A stretch of 64,000 nt of DNA from a virus (taxonomy: Duplodnaviria > Caudoviricetes). Under the pieces are notes generated by a model. It did no database searches. It was not told the DNA's origin and saw only the letters and a program-made list of their open reading frames with translations. The stretch is from positions 27,324 to 91,323 of IMG/VR virus record IMGVR_UViG_3300031994_000050; one strand, given 5' to 3'. The translations under genes and the position numbers were made by a program. Of this stretch, positions 18,766 to 27,648 are shown one piece after another (position 1 is the first letter of the stretch; every line of letters starts with the position of its first letter).

Positions 18766-19257
18766 TTACTTCTCATGGTCTGCGTTTTGTACTGCTTCTA
18801 ACGCTAACTCTTTCCTGTTTTTATATTGTTTACGCTTTCTTTTTGCTCTTTTTACGATGTATCGCTTACCCTCTTTCTGTCCAAAAGGAGTCCTAGCACC
18901 ATAATACTGCTTATACTCTGGATAGAGCGGAAGTACCTTTGCTATGGTTAAATCCTCAAGAGGTCTCCTTCCACATATGATTTCTCTAAGCATTTTAGCG
19001 CATTTAAACTGTAAAACCCATCGGTAAACATGGTCTGCACCATTAGGATTGATTTCATTTTTAGGTATCTTAAAAAGCCTTCTGTGCAGATAAAAACGCC
19101 CGATTCCTTTAATATCAAGGTCTGCTTCCGCAGGATTAGACATTAACTCTTCAACACCAACCCTAAGTGCCGTCAATAGCACTTCTTTTACCAAAGCACG
19201 AGGTATATTACTTTTTGTTTCCCTCGTTGTCTGGTCGCACCATTCTCCAAAAGTCAT
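18766..19257 (-). CDS. HU/IHF-like DNA-binding protein
   Basis: Two helices, then LDIKGIGRF and VLQFKCAKMLRE, resembling the HU GFGxF and FK.SK.LK motifs; basic tail. Confidence 0.5.
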   Translation of the reverse strand: MTFGEWCDQTTRETKSNIPRALVKEVLLTALRVGVEELMSNPAEADLDIKGIGRFYLHRRLFKIPKNEINPNGADHVYRWVLQFKCAKMLREIICGRRPLEDLTIAKVLPLYPEYKQYYGARTPFGQKEGKRYIVKRAKRKRKQYKNRKELALEAVQNADHEK

Positions 19258-19266
19258 ATAATCACC

Positions 19267-20931
19267 TCAAAATCCTAAACTAGCTCTGCTAATCACCTCT
19301 ACTTGAGAACTCTCAAAAGAATTTATATAAAGAGCTAACATAGCAAGAGCATCAACACCATCATCATGTTTATTCTTTCCCATTTGTACATAAGAAAGAA
19401 CACCTTGCATGAATTTCTTGTACATATCCGTCCATTCGGAGGGGTCTTTAAATACTACATGCTTCTTTACCCAGTCCGAATTAACAATAATCTTTGTCTC
19501 TTTGTTTGTCGTGGTATACTTCTTTGTTATAGAACATCTTCCGCCTTTTTCGTTTACCAGACGTTGAACCTCGTTTCCTGTCCTAGAACCCTCTTTATTC
19601 GATTCAAACTGGCACATCTGAACCTTATTCCTAACCAGACAGTTCGCATTTAGTTCATCTAGCGTATATGGAGAACCATTATCATACACAACATCTTCAA
19701 GGTAGAACTTCTTTCCATAGCCATAAACAACTAACAAACAGTTAAAGTCAGTTCCTACGTCCTTTGTATCGCATACGCCTAATATAGAGTCGGCTTCTTT
19801 TGTCTTGCCTTCATCATCACAAGGAAGCCCGCCAAGATAGAACTGCAATTCCTCTTTCTTATAAAGCAATCCTTCTCTTTCAATCGGGTCTGACATATAT
19901 AAACACTTAAAGGTGATTTCATCCATGACATTTTCCATTTCTTTGAAGTAGAAAGTGTCAAAACCTTTGTCGTATTTATAATCAAACTGGCTTTCCCCGT
20001 TTTCATCATAGCAACCATAAGCCAAGAATCGCGCCCTGTCATTACCTTCATTCTCTCTTATAAAATGACCTATGGGGTCATGCACAGACCATCTGGTAGC
20101 TATTGATATTTCCTTACACCCTTTTATTCGTCTTGATTTTGCATCGTTCACGTATTTCTGATAAAGGTTTTCAAGTCTTTGTACGTTCATGGCTTCTTCT
20201 GTTCCCGAAACCAAGTCATCACTCAAGATAATGCCACTTGCTCTCGTTACACCCGTCATTGAAGCATCAATTGAACGACACGTAAGAGATTTAAAGGGCT
20301 TATAGCTATTAAGGTTTATATATTTTTCTTTATCAGACCTTGATTCAAGCTTTACGTTAGGGAATATCTCTTCCCATGCATATTCTCCGCTAAACATTAT
20401 GTCGCACATCGAACGATGAAACATGTCTGCGATTGTTCCTGTATAGGAAACATAAAGATTGAAACTATCTGGGAACAAGCCCATATAGAAAGACAAAAAG
20501 AACTCGGCAAGAGTTGTTTTACCTGCCCCCGGAACTACTGAAACCGTCAATATATCAAGCTTATCATCTAATATATCTTGAAAACCCTGTACAATACCCA
20601 GTTTATTCTTTAATACTTCTCTTCTCGGTAAATAAAATTGGGCATCTGGCTCTCTTTTATGCTCAAGAAATATCATGTAAGAGTCAAAATCTTTAAAATA
20701 CCTTGCAAGATATTTCAAGGATAGAAGGTACACTTCATAAAAGGCGGGGTTCTTTACGGTCTGAACCAATGCGATGTTCCTGCCTTTTTCGCATACCCTA
20801 CGTCCTTCTTCTTCGTCATTATCTGCAAGGTAAATATTTTGCCCCATTTCTATAAAATCTTTTAGACGCTTCGGATTCGTCTTTAAATCTGGGGATAATT
20901 CTAATCGTTTGATAATCGTTTTATTATTCAT
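19267..20931 (-). CDS. terL: Terminase large subunit
   Basis: Walker A VPGAGKTT, Walker B ILSDD, ATRW..HDPIG, C-terminal nuclease HDDGVDAL. Confidence 0.92.
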   Translation of the reverse strand: MNNKTIIKRLELSPDLKTNPKRLKDFIEMGQNIYLADNDEEEGRRVCEKGRNIALVQTVKNPAFYEVYLLSLKYLARYFKDFDSYMIFLEHKREPDAQFYLPRREVLKNKLGIVQGFQDILDDKLDILTVSVVPGAGKTTLAEFFLSFYMGLFPDSFNLYVSYTGTIADMFHRSMCDIMFSGEYAWEEIFPNVKLESRSDKEKYINLNSYKPFKSLTCRSIDASMTGVTRASGIILSDDLVSGTEEAMNVQRLENLYQKYVNDAKSRRIKGCKEISIATRWSVHDPIGHFIRENEGNDRARFLAYGCYDENGESQFDYKYDKGFDTFYFKEMENVMDEITFKCLYMSDPIEREGLLYKKEELQFYLGGLPCDDEGKTKEADSILGVCDTKDVGTDFNCLLVVYGYGKKFYLEDVVYDNGSPYTLDELNANCLVRNKVQMCQFESNKEGSRTGNEVQRLVNEKGGRCSITKKYTTTNKETKIIVNSDWVKKHVVFKDPSEWTDMYKKFMQGVLSYVQMGKNKHDDGVDALAMLALYINSFESSQVEVISRASLGF

Positions 20932-21173
20932 ATTATTGGCATATCGTATTTTGCTTCGGAATCCATAGAATCATGCAATTCTGAAAGAATTTCTGTTGCT
21001 CTCGATTCTCTTTTGTATTGTCCTAGCAGATACGCAACCTCCCCACCTAAATTTAGCAAGAAAAGTCCATAGGCGCTATTATCAACGTCTACAAACTTAC
21101 TCTCTTGAATATATACACCTATAAATTTACTTGTATCGTAAATCGCTTTTCCATCTTGCGTCTTTATAAACAT
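20928..21173 (-). CDS. Hypothetical phage protein
   Basis: ORF overlapping the terL start; MFIKTQDG...LGQY pattern. Confidence 0.65.
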   Translation of the reverse strand: MFIKTQDGKAIYDTSKFIGVYIQESKFVDVDNSAYGLFLLNLGGEVAYLLGQYKRESRATEILSELHDSMDSEAKYDMPII

Positions 21174-21229
21174 TAAATCAACAGCAAAGCGCCACCCGCT
21201 TTTACACGAATGGCGCTTCGGCTCTCCTT

Positions 21230-21553
21230 TTATTTTATTTCAACGGGCAAATCTGCTAGCTTATACTGCTTCCATTCGCCACCAAAATAAATACTTGCAT
21301 CTTCTCCATTGATAAGACCTTTATATGGTCTGCCCTTCCAGAAATAAGCAAAATCCTCTAAAAATACAAAAGTTACCTGCTTTAAGTCCGAAGGTATCTC
21401 GTAGCTTGTCTGAGTTTCGCCGCTAATACCTTGCATGACTAAATCATGGAACAGAGCGCTCCTAGTGGTATTATTTCGCTTAACGTACCAATCAATCTTG
21501 TCAATCTCGTCCTCTGTGAATTTACTTGCTACTGTTATAGACTTACCCATCAT
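21230..21553 (-). CDS. Ribbon-helix-helix domain protein
   Basis: SITVASKFTEDEIDKIDWY...TRSALFHDLV RHH-like N-terminus; SD GGAGGAG. Confidence 0.55.
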   Translation of the reverse strand: MMGKSITVASKFTEDEIDKIDWYVKRNNTTRSALFHDLVMQGISGETQTSYEIPSDLKQVTFVFLEDFAYFWKGRPYKGLINGEDASIYFGGEWKQYKLADLPVEIK

Positions 21554-21561
21554 ACTCCTCC

Positions 21562-22164
21562 TTAATCAACGTCAATGATATCGCCCTCTATCAAGGGTAT
21601 ATCATCCATAGGTATTCTGTTTGCAATATCTGCAATGTTTGTCTCGACTTGCTGTAATGAAATGTTTGAATTGATAGTTGTTTCTGTTCTTGCTTGAACG
21701 TAGTCGTGGTTGTTATTCATATCCTGCATGAACGCCAATGAATTAATAAGCCCCGCATAAGCATTTTGCTTTTTACATCCTGCAATCGCTGTAGCGATAT
21801 TATTGGCAACTTCTGCAAGCTCTACATCCTCAGACCTTCTATACTTCAAAAAAACAGGTCTTGAGATTTTTGCGAACGTACAGAAGTCCTCTATATCTGG
21901 AATGATAGTAACTTCATTTTCATTCGCTTCTACAATGTTTTCAAAGTATTCTCTGGCTTTTTCATAAAGAGTCTCTGCGTTATATGTGACTCTTTTTCGC
22001 TTGTTCTGTATGGTAATCTCTTCACCAGTTTCAATCACTCCGAACATGTTCTCAAGCTGTCTTTTCGCAAGGTCTACGTTCCACTGTCTACGTTTTTCGT
22101 CCTTATTAAGCGCTTTACCTCTATTATAGTCTACGCCTCGCTTTTTACTGTAATTAGCCATCAT
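21562..22164 (-). CDS. terS: Terminase small subunit (probable)
   Basis: AETLYEKAREYFE...PDIEDFCTFAKISR HTH pattern; upstream of terL. Confidence 0.65.
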   Translation of the reverse strand: MMANYSKKRGVDYNRGKALNKDEKRRQWNVDLAKRQLENMFGVIETGEEITIQNKRKRVTYNAETLYEKAREYFENIVEANENEVTIIPDIEDFCTFAKISRPVFLKYRRSEDVELAEVANNIATAIAGCKKQNAYAGLINSLAFMQDMNNNHDYVQARTETTINSNISLQQVETNIADIANRIPMDDIPLIEGDIIDVD

Positions 22165-22170
22165 AGCCTC

Positions 22171-22335
22171 CTACACGTTCACTAAAAATACTTTCTTACA
22201 ATTACTTCCCTTGCATTTAACAGGAAGGTTTTTTATTTTTGTGTCATCTCGCAGTAAAAGTGTTTTCTTACCGCAATATGGGCAACACACCCACTCTTGT
22301 CCGTTGTTATCTTCTCTAATAGTACCCTCTTTCAT
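22171..22335 (-). CDS. Cys-rich KTR / Com-like zinc-ribbon protein (54 aa)
   Basis: Below the ORF-track cutoff. Manual translation: MKEGTIREDNNGQEWVCCPYCGKKTLLLRDDTKIKNLPVKCKGSNCKKVFLVNV; ATGA overlap with the upstream ORF. Confidence 0.75.
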   Translation of the reverse strand: MKEGTIREDNNGQEWVCCPYCGKKTLLLRDDTKIKNLPVKCKGSNCKKVFLVNV

Positions 22336-22553
22336 CTGTTAATCCTCTTCATGGCATCGTTAAGCTGTTTACATTCTTCTACAAGTTCCTCTTCGGTCTC
22401 AAATAAATCGCTTTCCTTGAAATATTCATTGCCATACTTCGTATGAACATAATATAATTTAGAGCTATCGGGCATTATTATTTCTTTCATCGTCACGAAT
22501 CTTACTATCTCTGCGTTGTAGTCTTTTACTACTATTACATACCCTTCCCTCAT
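22332..22553 (-). CDS. Hypothetical protein
   Basis: ORF track; tight operon packing. Confidence 0.6.
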   Translation of the reverse strand: MREGYVIVVKDYNAEIVRFVTMKEIIMPDSSKLYYVHTKYGNEYFKESDLFETEEELVEECKQLNDAMKRINR

Positions 22554-22565
22554 AATTAATCCCCT

Positions 22566-22994
22566 TTATTTTGTTCCAGTAGAACCTATACCGCCCCTGT
22601 CTGAGTTCCCGAGCGTTTCAACCTCTTCAAATTCTATTGTAGGCTGATGCTCAAAAATCCTAAACTGACAGATTCGGGTATTTTTCTCTATAAATGTGTC
22701 CTCTGTTGCATATGCGGGAAAACACCACTGGTCGTTATCACCGCAATAAGATTCATCAATGATACCTACGCTGTTTGAAAGAAGAATCTTATGCTTTTTG
22801 TAAGTAGAGCTACGAGGATATACATGAGCCTCATAGCCTTTAGGTAGTTCCATTGCGATTCCGAGAGGAATCAGCTTAAGCTCTCCCTTCTTAATCACGG
22901 TATCTTCGGCACACCTTAAATCAATAAGGTCTCCTACTGAAATCTTCTCAATCTTATCAATGTCTTTGCTTAAATACTTAATCCTTATCTTCAT
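22566..22994 (-). CDS. dut: dUTPase (trimeric)
   Basis: [20 protein letters not shown] and RGGIGSTG motifs. Confidence 0.92.
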   Translation of the reverse strand: MKIRIKYLSKDIDKIEKISVGDLIDLRCAEDTVIKKGELKLIPLGIAMELPKGYEAHVYPRSSTYKKHKILLSNSVGIIDESYCGDNDQWCFPAYATEDTFIEKNTRICQFRIFEHQPTIEFEEVETLGNSDRGGIGSTGTK

Positions 22995-23334
22995 TCTCTA
23001 ACTCCTGTTCATTAAGTTTTATTCGCACATCTTCATAAGATGCAACTATTTTAGGTATCAGCCATGCAATCCACTCTACAAGGTTCTCGTCATCATCATA
23101 ATGAGTGCCTGTTTCTCGGCTGTAAGCATGAACCAACTCGTGCAACAGAACTTCCTTCAATGCTACAAGGCGTTCCTCGTCTGTTGCGTCACTTTCAAGA
23201 ATAATCTCTGGGTTTCTAACAATGATTTCGTGCAGATAGCATTTACATACCCCCGCTTTGTCTGACAACAGCGGATTACGTAAATCGTCTAATTTGATTT
23301 GGTACTCCGTACCTAAGATGTTTGTAGATACCAT
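22978..23334 (-). CDS. HEXXH zinc-metallopeptidase-like protein
   Basis: LLHELVHA...DENLVEWIA; start moved to ATG 23334, which has a purine-rich SD. Confidence 0.6.
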   Translation of the reverse strand: MVSTNILGTEYQIKLDDLRNPLLSDKAGVCKCYLHEIIVRNPEIILESDATDEERLVALKEVLLHELVHAYSRETGTHYDDDENLVEWIAWLIPKIVASYEDVRIKLNEQELENEDKD

Positions 23335-23530
23335 ATGCCCCCTTTCCCTCCTTATAGGAGGTGACGCGCATAGCCCCTTACAATAAGTTACCATGCGCGT
23401 CCATACATACAACGTTATAAACAAAAGACCACTGATAGTGGCGAATTAGTTACTAGGCTTTGACACCTAGTAACCGTCACGAAAGGAAAGACAATCACGC
23501 CGCATCGGTTTCCCCAAACCTTTACGGCGA

Positions 23531-23576
23531 AGATGCGGGTAGGAATCGAACCTACTTAAAGCCCAAGCCCGCATCT
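23531..23576 (-). ncRNA. tRNA minihelix-like element (acceptor stem + T arm only)
   Basis: AGATGCGG-13 nt-GTAGG TTCGATT CCTAC-CCGCATCT. Confidence 0.55.
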
Positions 23577-23634
23577 GCCTTCACAGAAAGGATAAAAAAT
23601 ATGAAAAAACCCACACCCGCCAAAGAGACAGGAA

Positions 23635-23674
23635 GCCGTAGGCGAGAGTTGAACTCGCGTAACCCATCTACAGC
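23635..23674 (-). ncRNA. tRNA minihelix-like element (acceptor stem + T arm only)
   Basis: GCTGTAG-9 nt-GCGAG TTCAACT CTCGC-CTACGGC. Confidence 0.55.
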
Positions 23675-23842
23675 ATCACATTTCAATAAACCTTTACTGC
23701 GCCAGACTTGCAGTGTTTTAAACTTATCAATGTGTCGTATAAAGTATGCGCCGTCGAAAAATCTTGATTGCTAGATTTTAAGTATACTTTACACATAAGT
23801 TTTTTGGCGTTGATGCAATCATTTAATACTACCAAGGGTTAA

Positions 23843-23900
23843 TGCGACGGTAGGAGTCGAACCTACGTCATGTTTCGTTCTGCCGTTGAACTACGTCGCA
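23843..23900 (-). ncRNA. tRNA-like RNA lacking the anticodon arm
   Basis: TGCGACG-TA-GTTC AACGGCA GAAC-GAAACATGAC-GTAGG TTCGACT CCTAC-CGTCGCA. Confidence 0.65.
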
Positions 23901-23972
23901 CCTAATGCTCAGATATTTTGAGGGGGAATATCTGAAAAGGTAGAACCAAATGGCAAACTGGTTTCCCAGTGA

Positions 23973-24043
23973 CGGCGCTGATAGGAGTTGAACCTACGTC
24001 TAGGCAGTCAAAGTGCCATGCACTACCGTTGTGCTACAGCGCT
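23973..24043 (-). tRNA. tRNA-Gln(UUG)
   Basis: Cloverleaf: AGCGCTG acceptor (1:72 mismatch), GCAC/GTGC D stem, TGGCA-CTTTGAC-TGCCT anticodon arm, GTAGG-TTCAACT-CCTAT T arm; no encoded CCA. Confidence 0.8.
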
Positions 24044-24058
24044 ATCTCATCTATTAGT

Positions 24059-24087
24059 AGTATACCTCATATTTGATGATAAGTAAA
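24059..24087 (-). promoter_or_regulatory. sigmaA promoter for the tRNA/tRNA-like cluster
   Basis: TTTACT-17 nt-TATACT, 15 nt upstream of the tRNA. Confidence 0.65.
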
Positions 24088-24203
24088 CCTTTTCTTTTAA
24101 ATTTTCTTCCCAATGTTTACAAAACATCTTATCATCAGTAAGATTGCCTAGCTCATCGCTATTTCTACAACAGCAAGCGCCGTTTACATGCCATCTACAA
24201 GTA

Positions 24204-24389
24204 TTACATTCTTTCATTTACACACCTCATCCTTTTCTGTCTAAACTGCTTAAACCAATTACAGATGCCGTCACTTTCTACTTCTTCGTTTTTCAACTTA
24301 CAAAAATAATACGGGCGCTCTTCTTCGCCATCCCACTCGTAATTAAAGTCACAGTACGAGCAATCACTGCATTGCAGACGCATCTTCAA
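24204..24389 (-). CDS. Small Cys-rich hypothetical protein
   Basis: CSDCSYC...C...C pattern. Confidence 0.5.
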   Translation of the reverse strand: MKMRLQCSDCSYCDFNYEWDGEEERPYYFCKLKNEEVESDGICNWFKQFRQKRMRCVNERM

Positions 24390-24529
24390 TCAACCTTTCT
24401 ACATCACTATACTTTGCGGGATATACACCAAGTTTACTGCCCGCATTGACAGTTAAAAGCACTTCGCCATCCCCATTGGGCGTTATCTCTACAACATATC
24501 TCTCGTTTACCCATGTACCGTTTAATGTC

Positions 24530-24760
24530 TTAATCATAATACCTCCTTATCTCGTTAGCAACGTAATCCTGCACCCATTCTTTTGTCGCTAAATCGCCTA
24601 TATCTGTCGTTGAGCGATGCTTTAATGAGTTTATCAAGTCTTCACACAAGCTATCAAGAAGAGTAAACCAATATCCATCCTCATGCCCGTCTCTCCTAGC
24701 AAGCCTCTTTTTATCCGCAATCCTTTTTCTAATATCCTCTTTCTTAATCGAAGTAAACAT
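24530..24760 (-). CDS. Hypothetical protein
   Basis: ORF track; overlaps the upstream ORF. Confidence 0.55.
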   Translation of the reverse strand: MFTSIKKEDIRKRIADKKRLARRDGHEDGYWFTLLDSLCEDLINSLKHRSTTDIGDLATKEWVQDYVANEIRRYYD

Positions 24761-24962
24761 ACTTTACCCCCTTCACTCTATATCTTGACCTACCCTTAAG
24801 CTCTATATCGCCTCTTTTTACCAGATTAGAGAAGTGTCTATGCACGGATGCTATACTAGACAATCCTACGCCCTCGCCTATGTCTCTCATGGTAGGTGTA
24901 ACGCCCTCTCTTATCATATAGGCTTTAATAAACTCTAAGACTTCATCTCTCTTCACGCCCAA
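24744..24962 (-). CDS. LexA-type DNA-binding domain protein (no peptidase domain)
   Basis: VLEFIKAY..REGVTPTMRDIGEGVGLSSIASVHRHFSNLVKRGDI. Confidence 0.85.
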   Translation of the reverse strand: MGVKRDEVLEFIKAYMIREGVTPTMRDIGEGVGLSSIASVHRHFSNLVKRGDIELKGRSRYRVKGVKYVYFD

Positions 24963-25363
24963 TCCTCCGTTCCTTTATCCATATCATACAGGCTCTCAAT
25001 CACTCTTCGTTTCATCTCGTCCTTCTTCTTATCCGTGACCTCTAAGGCATCAATCACTTCATCGACCGATATATAATCCTCTTCAATGACCTTATTCTGA
25101 TATCTGAACTTACCTTCCTCATCACGATAGATTAACTCTTTATCAAGCAGAAATCTGAATATCTTGGCTAAATGCCCTGCATCAGTGCCTATCTCTTCCG
25201 CTATCTCATCAAATAGCCCGACATTCCATCCCGTTAGTTTACCTCTTATTACCTCAGATAAGCTCAGACCAGTCATACTCGCTTCATCCCGTAGCATCTT
25301 CATCTGTTCACTGTTTACTCTCACCCTAAGAGTCTCACACAAATCTTCTGTTGGTCTGCTCAT
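24953..25363 (-). CDS. RHH-domain DNA-binding protein
   Basis: ETLRVRVNSEQMKML...GLSLSEVIR RHH motif. Confidence 0.6.
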   Translation of the reverse strand: MSRPTEDLCETLRVRVNSEQMKMLRDEASMTGLSLSEVIRGKLTGWNVGLFDEIAEEIGTDAGHLAKIFRFLLDKELIYRDEEGKFRYQNKVIEEDYISVDEVIDALEVTDKKKDEMKRRVIESLYDMDKGTEDWA

Positions 25364-25550
25364 TTCTTATCTCCCTTAACGCTCTATAAATCTCTTTCTC
25401 ATCGCACCCACCTTGCTCCGCCTTATCAATGGTCTCTACAAGGTATTTTAAGGCATCTATGCTCTTTATCGCCATATTTACAGCCCATTCTTTCTCTGCG
25501 GGTGATACTGGCTCTCCATTTAATATCTCTTTAGCCCTCTTTGTCCACAT
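25335..25550 (-). CDS. Hypothetical protein
   Basis: ORF with SD AGGAGG. Confidence 0.6.
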   Translation of the reverse strand: MWTKRAKEILNGEPVSPAEKEWAVNMAIKSIDALKYLVETIDKAEQGGCDEKEIYRALREIRNEQTNRRFV

Positions 25551-25564
25551 AAGTCCTCCTTATA

Positions 25565-25685
25565 TTTCATAAAAATTGCATGTTTTTTTCATGTTTATTT
25601 CATAAGAACTTCTGCTTTATTTCATAAAAATTTCCTGTTTATTGCATGGTTATTTCATGTTTTTCTCATGGTTATTGCATCAATT
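25565..25685. repeat. Tandem array of eleven 11-bp units (TT[T/G]CAT-N5)
   Basis: TTTCATAAAAA TTGCATGTTTT TTTCATGTTTA TTTCATAAGAA CTTCTGCTTTA TTTCATAAAAA TTTCCTGTTTA TTGCATGGTTA TTTCATGTTTT TCTCATGGTTA TTGCATCAATT. Confidence 0.85.
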
Positions 25686-25936
25686 TTGCACCCTAGCAAT
25701 GCTTCCAGTACATCGTCTGCATCATCTACCAATACCCCGCCTAGCTGTTCAATCCTGCTCATCATCTTAAACTCTCCAAGTGTTATTGGTGTCGGTATGT
25801 CTACGTCTTCTGCCATACGTATCACGTTCCTTTTCCTTTCCTCGTTGACAACCAAGATTCTCTTCCCTGTCTCATGGCTCATCGCTATGAGTGCTTTCGT
25901 CTTTCCAAGTCCTTTTCCTCTTATTATCTTTCTCAT
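25655..25936 (-). CDS. Small P-loop-like hypothetical protein
   Basis: GKGLGKT and VLVDD motifs; SD AAAGGAG before ATG 25936. Confidence 0.6.
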   Translation of the reverse strand: MRKIIRGKGLGKTKALIAMSHETGKRILVVNEERKRNVIRMAEDVDIPTPITLGEFKMMSRIEQLGGVLVDDADDVLEALLGCKIDAITMRKT

Positions 25937-25963
25937 AACTCTCCTTTCTATTTGCAAAATGGG

Positions 25964-26351
25964 TTTTGTGGTACAAAATATTACCCTAAAAAGTTTTGTG
26001 GTACAAAACCCTTACCTTGAAAAGTTTTGTGGTACAAAATGCAGGGTTTTGTGGTACAAAATGTTACCTTGATAGAGTTTTGTGGTACAAAACTATTTAT
26101 TTTGTGGTACAAAACTCGAAACCCGCTCTGGTGCTGAGTTATTTTGTGGTACAAAACTATTTCGAGGGGTTTTGGGGTACAAAACTATTACCTCGTCTGG
26201 GTTTTGTGGTACAAAACTCTCTCTTTTCTCTATTTTTGGTATCGGCATATATAGCAAAATGACACTTTTTTTAGAAGGTTTTGTGGTACAAAACTCAGAA
26301 AGCCCATAACCACGCGGTTTTATTTTGTGGTACAAAACTTGTGGTACAAAA
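25964..26351. repeat. Array of 12 palindromes TTTTGT-GGT-ACAAAA
   Basis: Copies start at 25964, 25994, 26025, 26047, 26078, 26100, 26142, 26170 (one mismatch), 26202, 26279, 26323 and 26339 (partial). Confidence 0.95.
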
Positions 26352-26353
26352 CT

Positions 26354-26383
26354 ATTTTATAACCGAATAGGGTATGGTGTCAA
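26354..26383 (-). promoter_or_regulatory. sigmaA promoter firing leftward into the palindrome array
   Basis: TTGACA-18 nt-TAAAAT. Confidence 0.55.
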
Positions 26384-26546
26384 GTCTTTTTGGATTTGGG
26401 GGTGGAGAGAGGGGTTATTAGGCACGGAAGAGAGTTCAAAATAAACCCCCATACCACGGGTACTAGCTGTTCTTAATAAAAGTTGACAAGAAAATCGTTC
26501 GTAATCAACAACCCCTACACTCCGCATAAATAGGCGGTTCTCAGTA

Positions 26547-26574
26547 CCTTCGTTTAATGGTAATTATACGAAAG
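26547..26574. other. dif/lox-like tyrosine-recombinase site
   Basis: CCTTCGTTTAA-TGGTAA-TTATACGAAAG (11-6-11), flanked by inverted CCGCATAAA motifs near 26522 and 26616. Confidence 0.55.
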
Positions 26575-26895
26575 TGTCTATATTTAACACGGGTGAATGT
26601 GCGGATTATTCAGTGTTTATGCGGGTTTGCGCGACTTCTTTTTTAGTGTCACCGCGATTTGTTTTAATTTGCCACCCCACCAATAATTTTTAAAGACATA
26701 ATATTTTCATTCTAAAAAGTCATTATTTAGAAACAGCTAGTATCATTTATAACAGCTATGAATATAATAAAAACTAATACCAAGAAACAGCTTAAAGTAT
26801 AAATCAAACATAATATAAACAAAGTAATAGAATGATAAGACTGTATATTTATATTGGTATATATGTAGTAATGGAGATGTGCAACAGAGGGTGGC

Positions 26896-27590
26896 TCGGA
26901 CACTTCGTTGTCCGATGCCTTCTCGCCTACGGCGATTACAGGGGAGTATCCGAGGGTCATTGTGTCTCATCTTGAATAGAGCAGAGGGATAGCAAGAAAT
27001 ATAAACAGAGAAATAATCAAGTACCCAAACCCACAGGGCTTTATCTTGTGTGAGCGTCACGACTCGTCTCACGACTCGCTGTTTATAGTCCGCAATGCAC
27101 ACATCCGTGTGTGCAAAGCTCAGTAGGCACACCAAGTTCCGACTAAGTGGCTAAGATTGTCTGTTACTTCGTGTAACAGCCAATTTTACCCACTAAGTCT
27201 CCACATTATAGTATGGGAAAGTTCTAAGGGTCTAAATAACAGCCCCTAAGAACTTTCGGCAGAACCCGACAAGGGTGTGGGTTTGAGGTAAACACATTGC
27301 TATCGTGCGCCACTACACATCACCGCGCCACGAACCACGTTAAATCCGCACGTTCCTACGAAACCGAGCCTTTTAAAAGCCAAAAATACTTGTAGGCTCG
27401 TTTTCTGGCTAACGACTCAAACCCCATAAAGTTTTAATAATATTTTTATACAATCTGTCAATAACAGCTATATCAAAATTAAAAGCTGTGTTGACAGATT
27501 ATACAAAAATATTCCTAAAACTTTACAAGCCCTTGTCTGAACCTGCCAATTCACTAACCTTTGCTAAAGCAAAGCTAAGTGAATCCATAC
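26896..27590 (-). other. Cluster of hairpins with cGNAg triloops (putative single-strand origin / ssDNA control region)
   Basis: Minus-strand cGAAg/cGTAg loops at 26896-26915, 26923-26935, 27161-27179 and 27352-27364; long hairpins at about 27143-27197, 27217-27257 and 27427-27525. Confidence 0.55.
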
Positions 27591-27648
27591 ACAGCAGAAG
27601 GTGTAATTATTGTCAGCTAAATAGCTAAAATCGAAAGGAGATTACACT

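Noticed and set aside
23460-23774. 104-aa + strand ORF
   Set aside because: It lies antisense to the tRNA-like cluster and has no protein motif.
23973-24043. Suppressor tRNA or stop-codon recoding, with an associated theta ribozyme
   Set aside because: The anticodon is TTG (Gln), long genes are intact in the standard code, and I saw no HDV-like fold after the tRNA.
25964-26351. CRISPR array
   Set aside because: The repeat is only 15 bp, the spacers are irregular (about 1-62 nt) and partly similar to each other, and there are no cas genes.
25996-27135. ORFs over the palindrome array and hairpin field
   Set aside because: The translations merely echo the DNA repeat (FVVQN, FCGTK) or lack an SD; a non-coding reading fits better.
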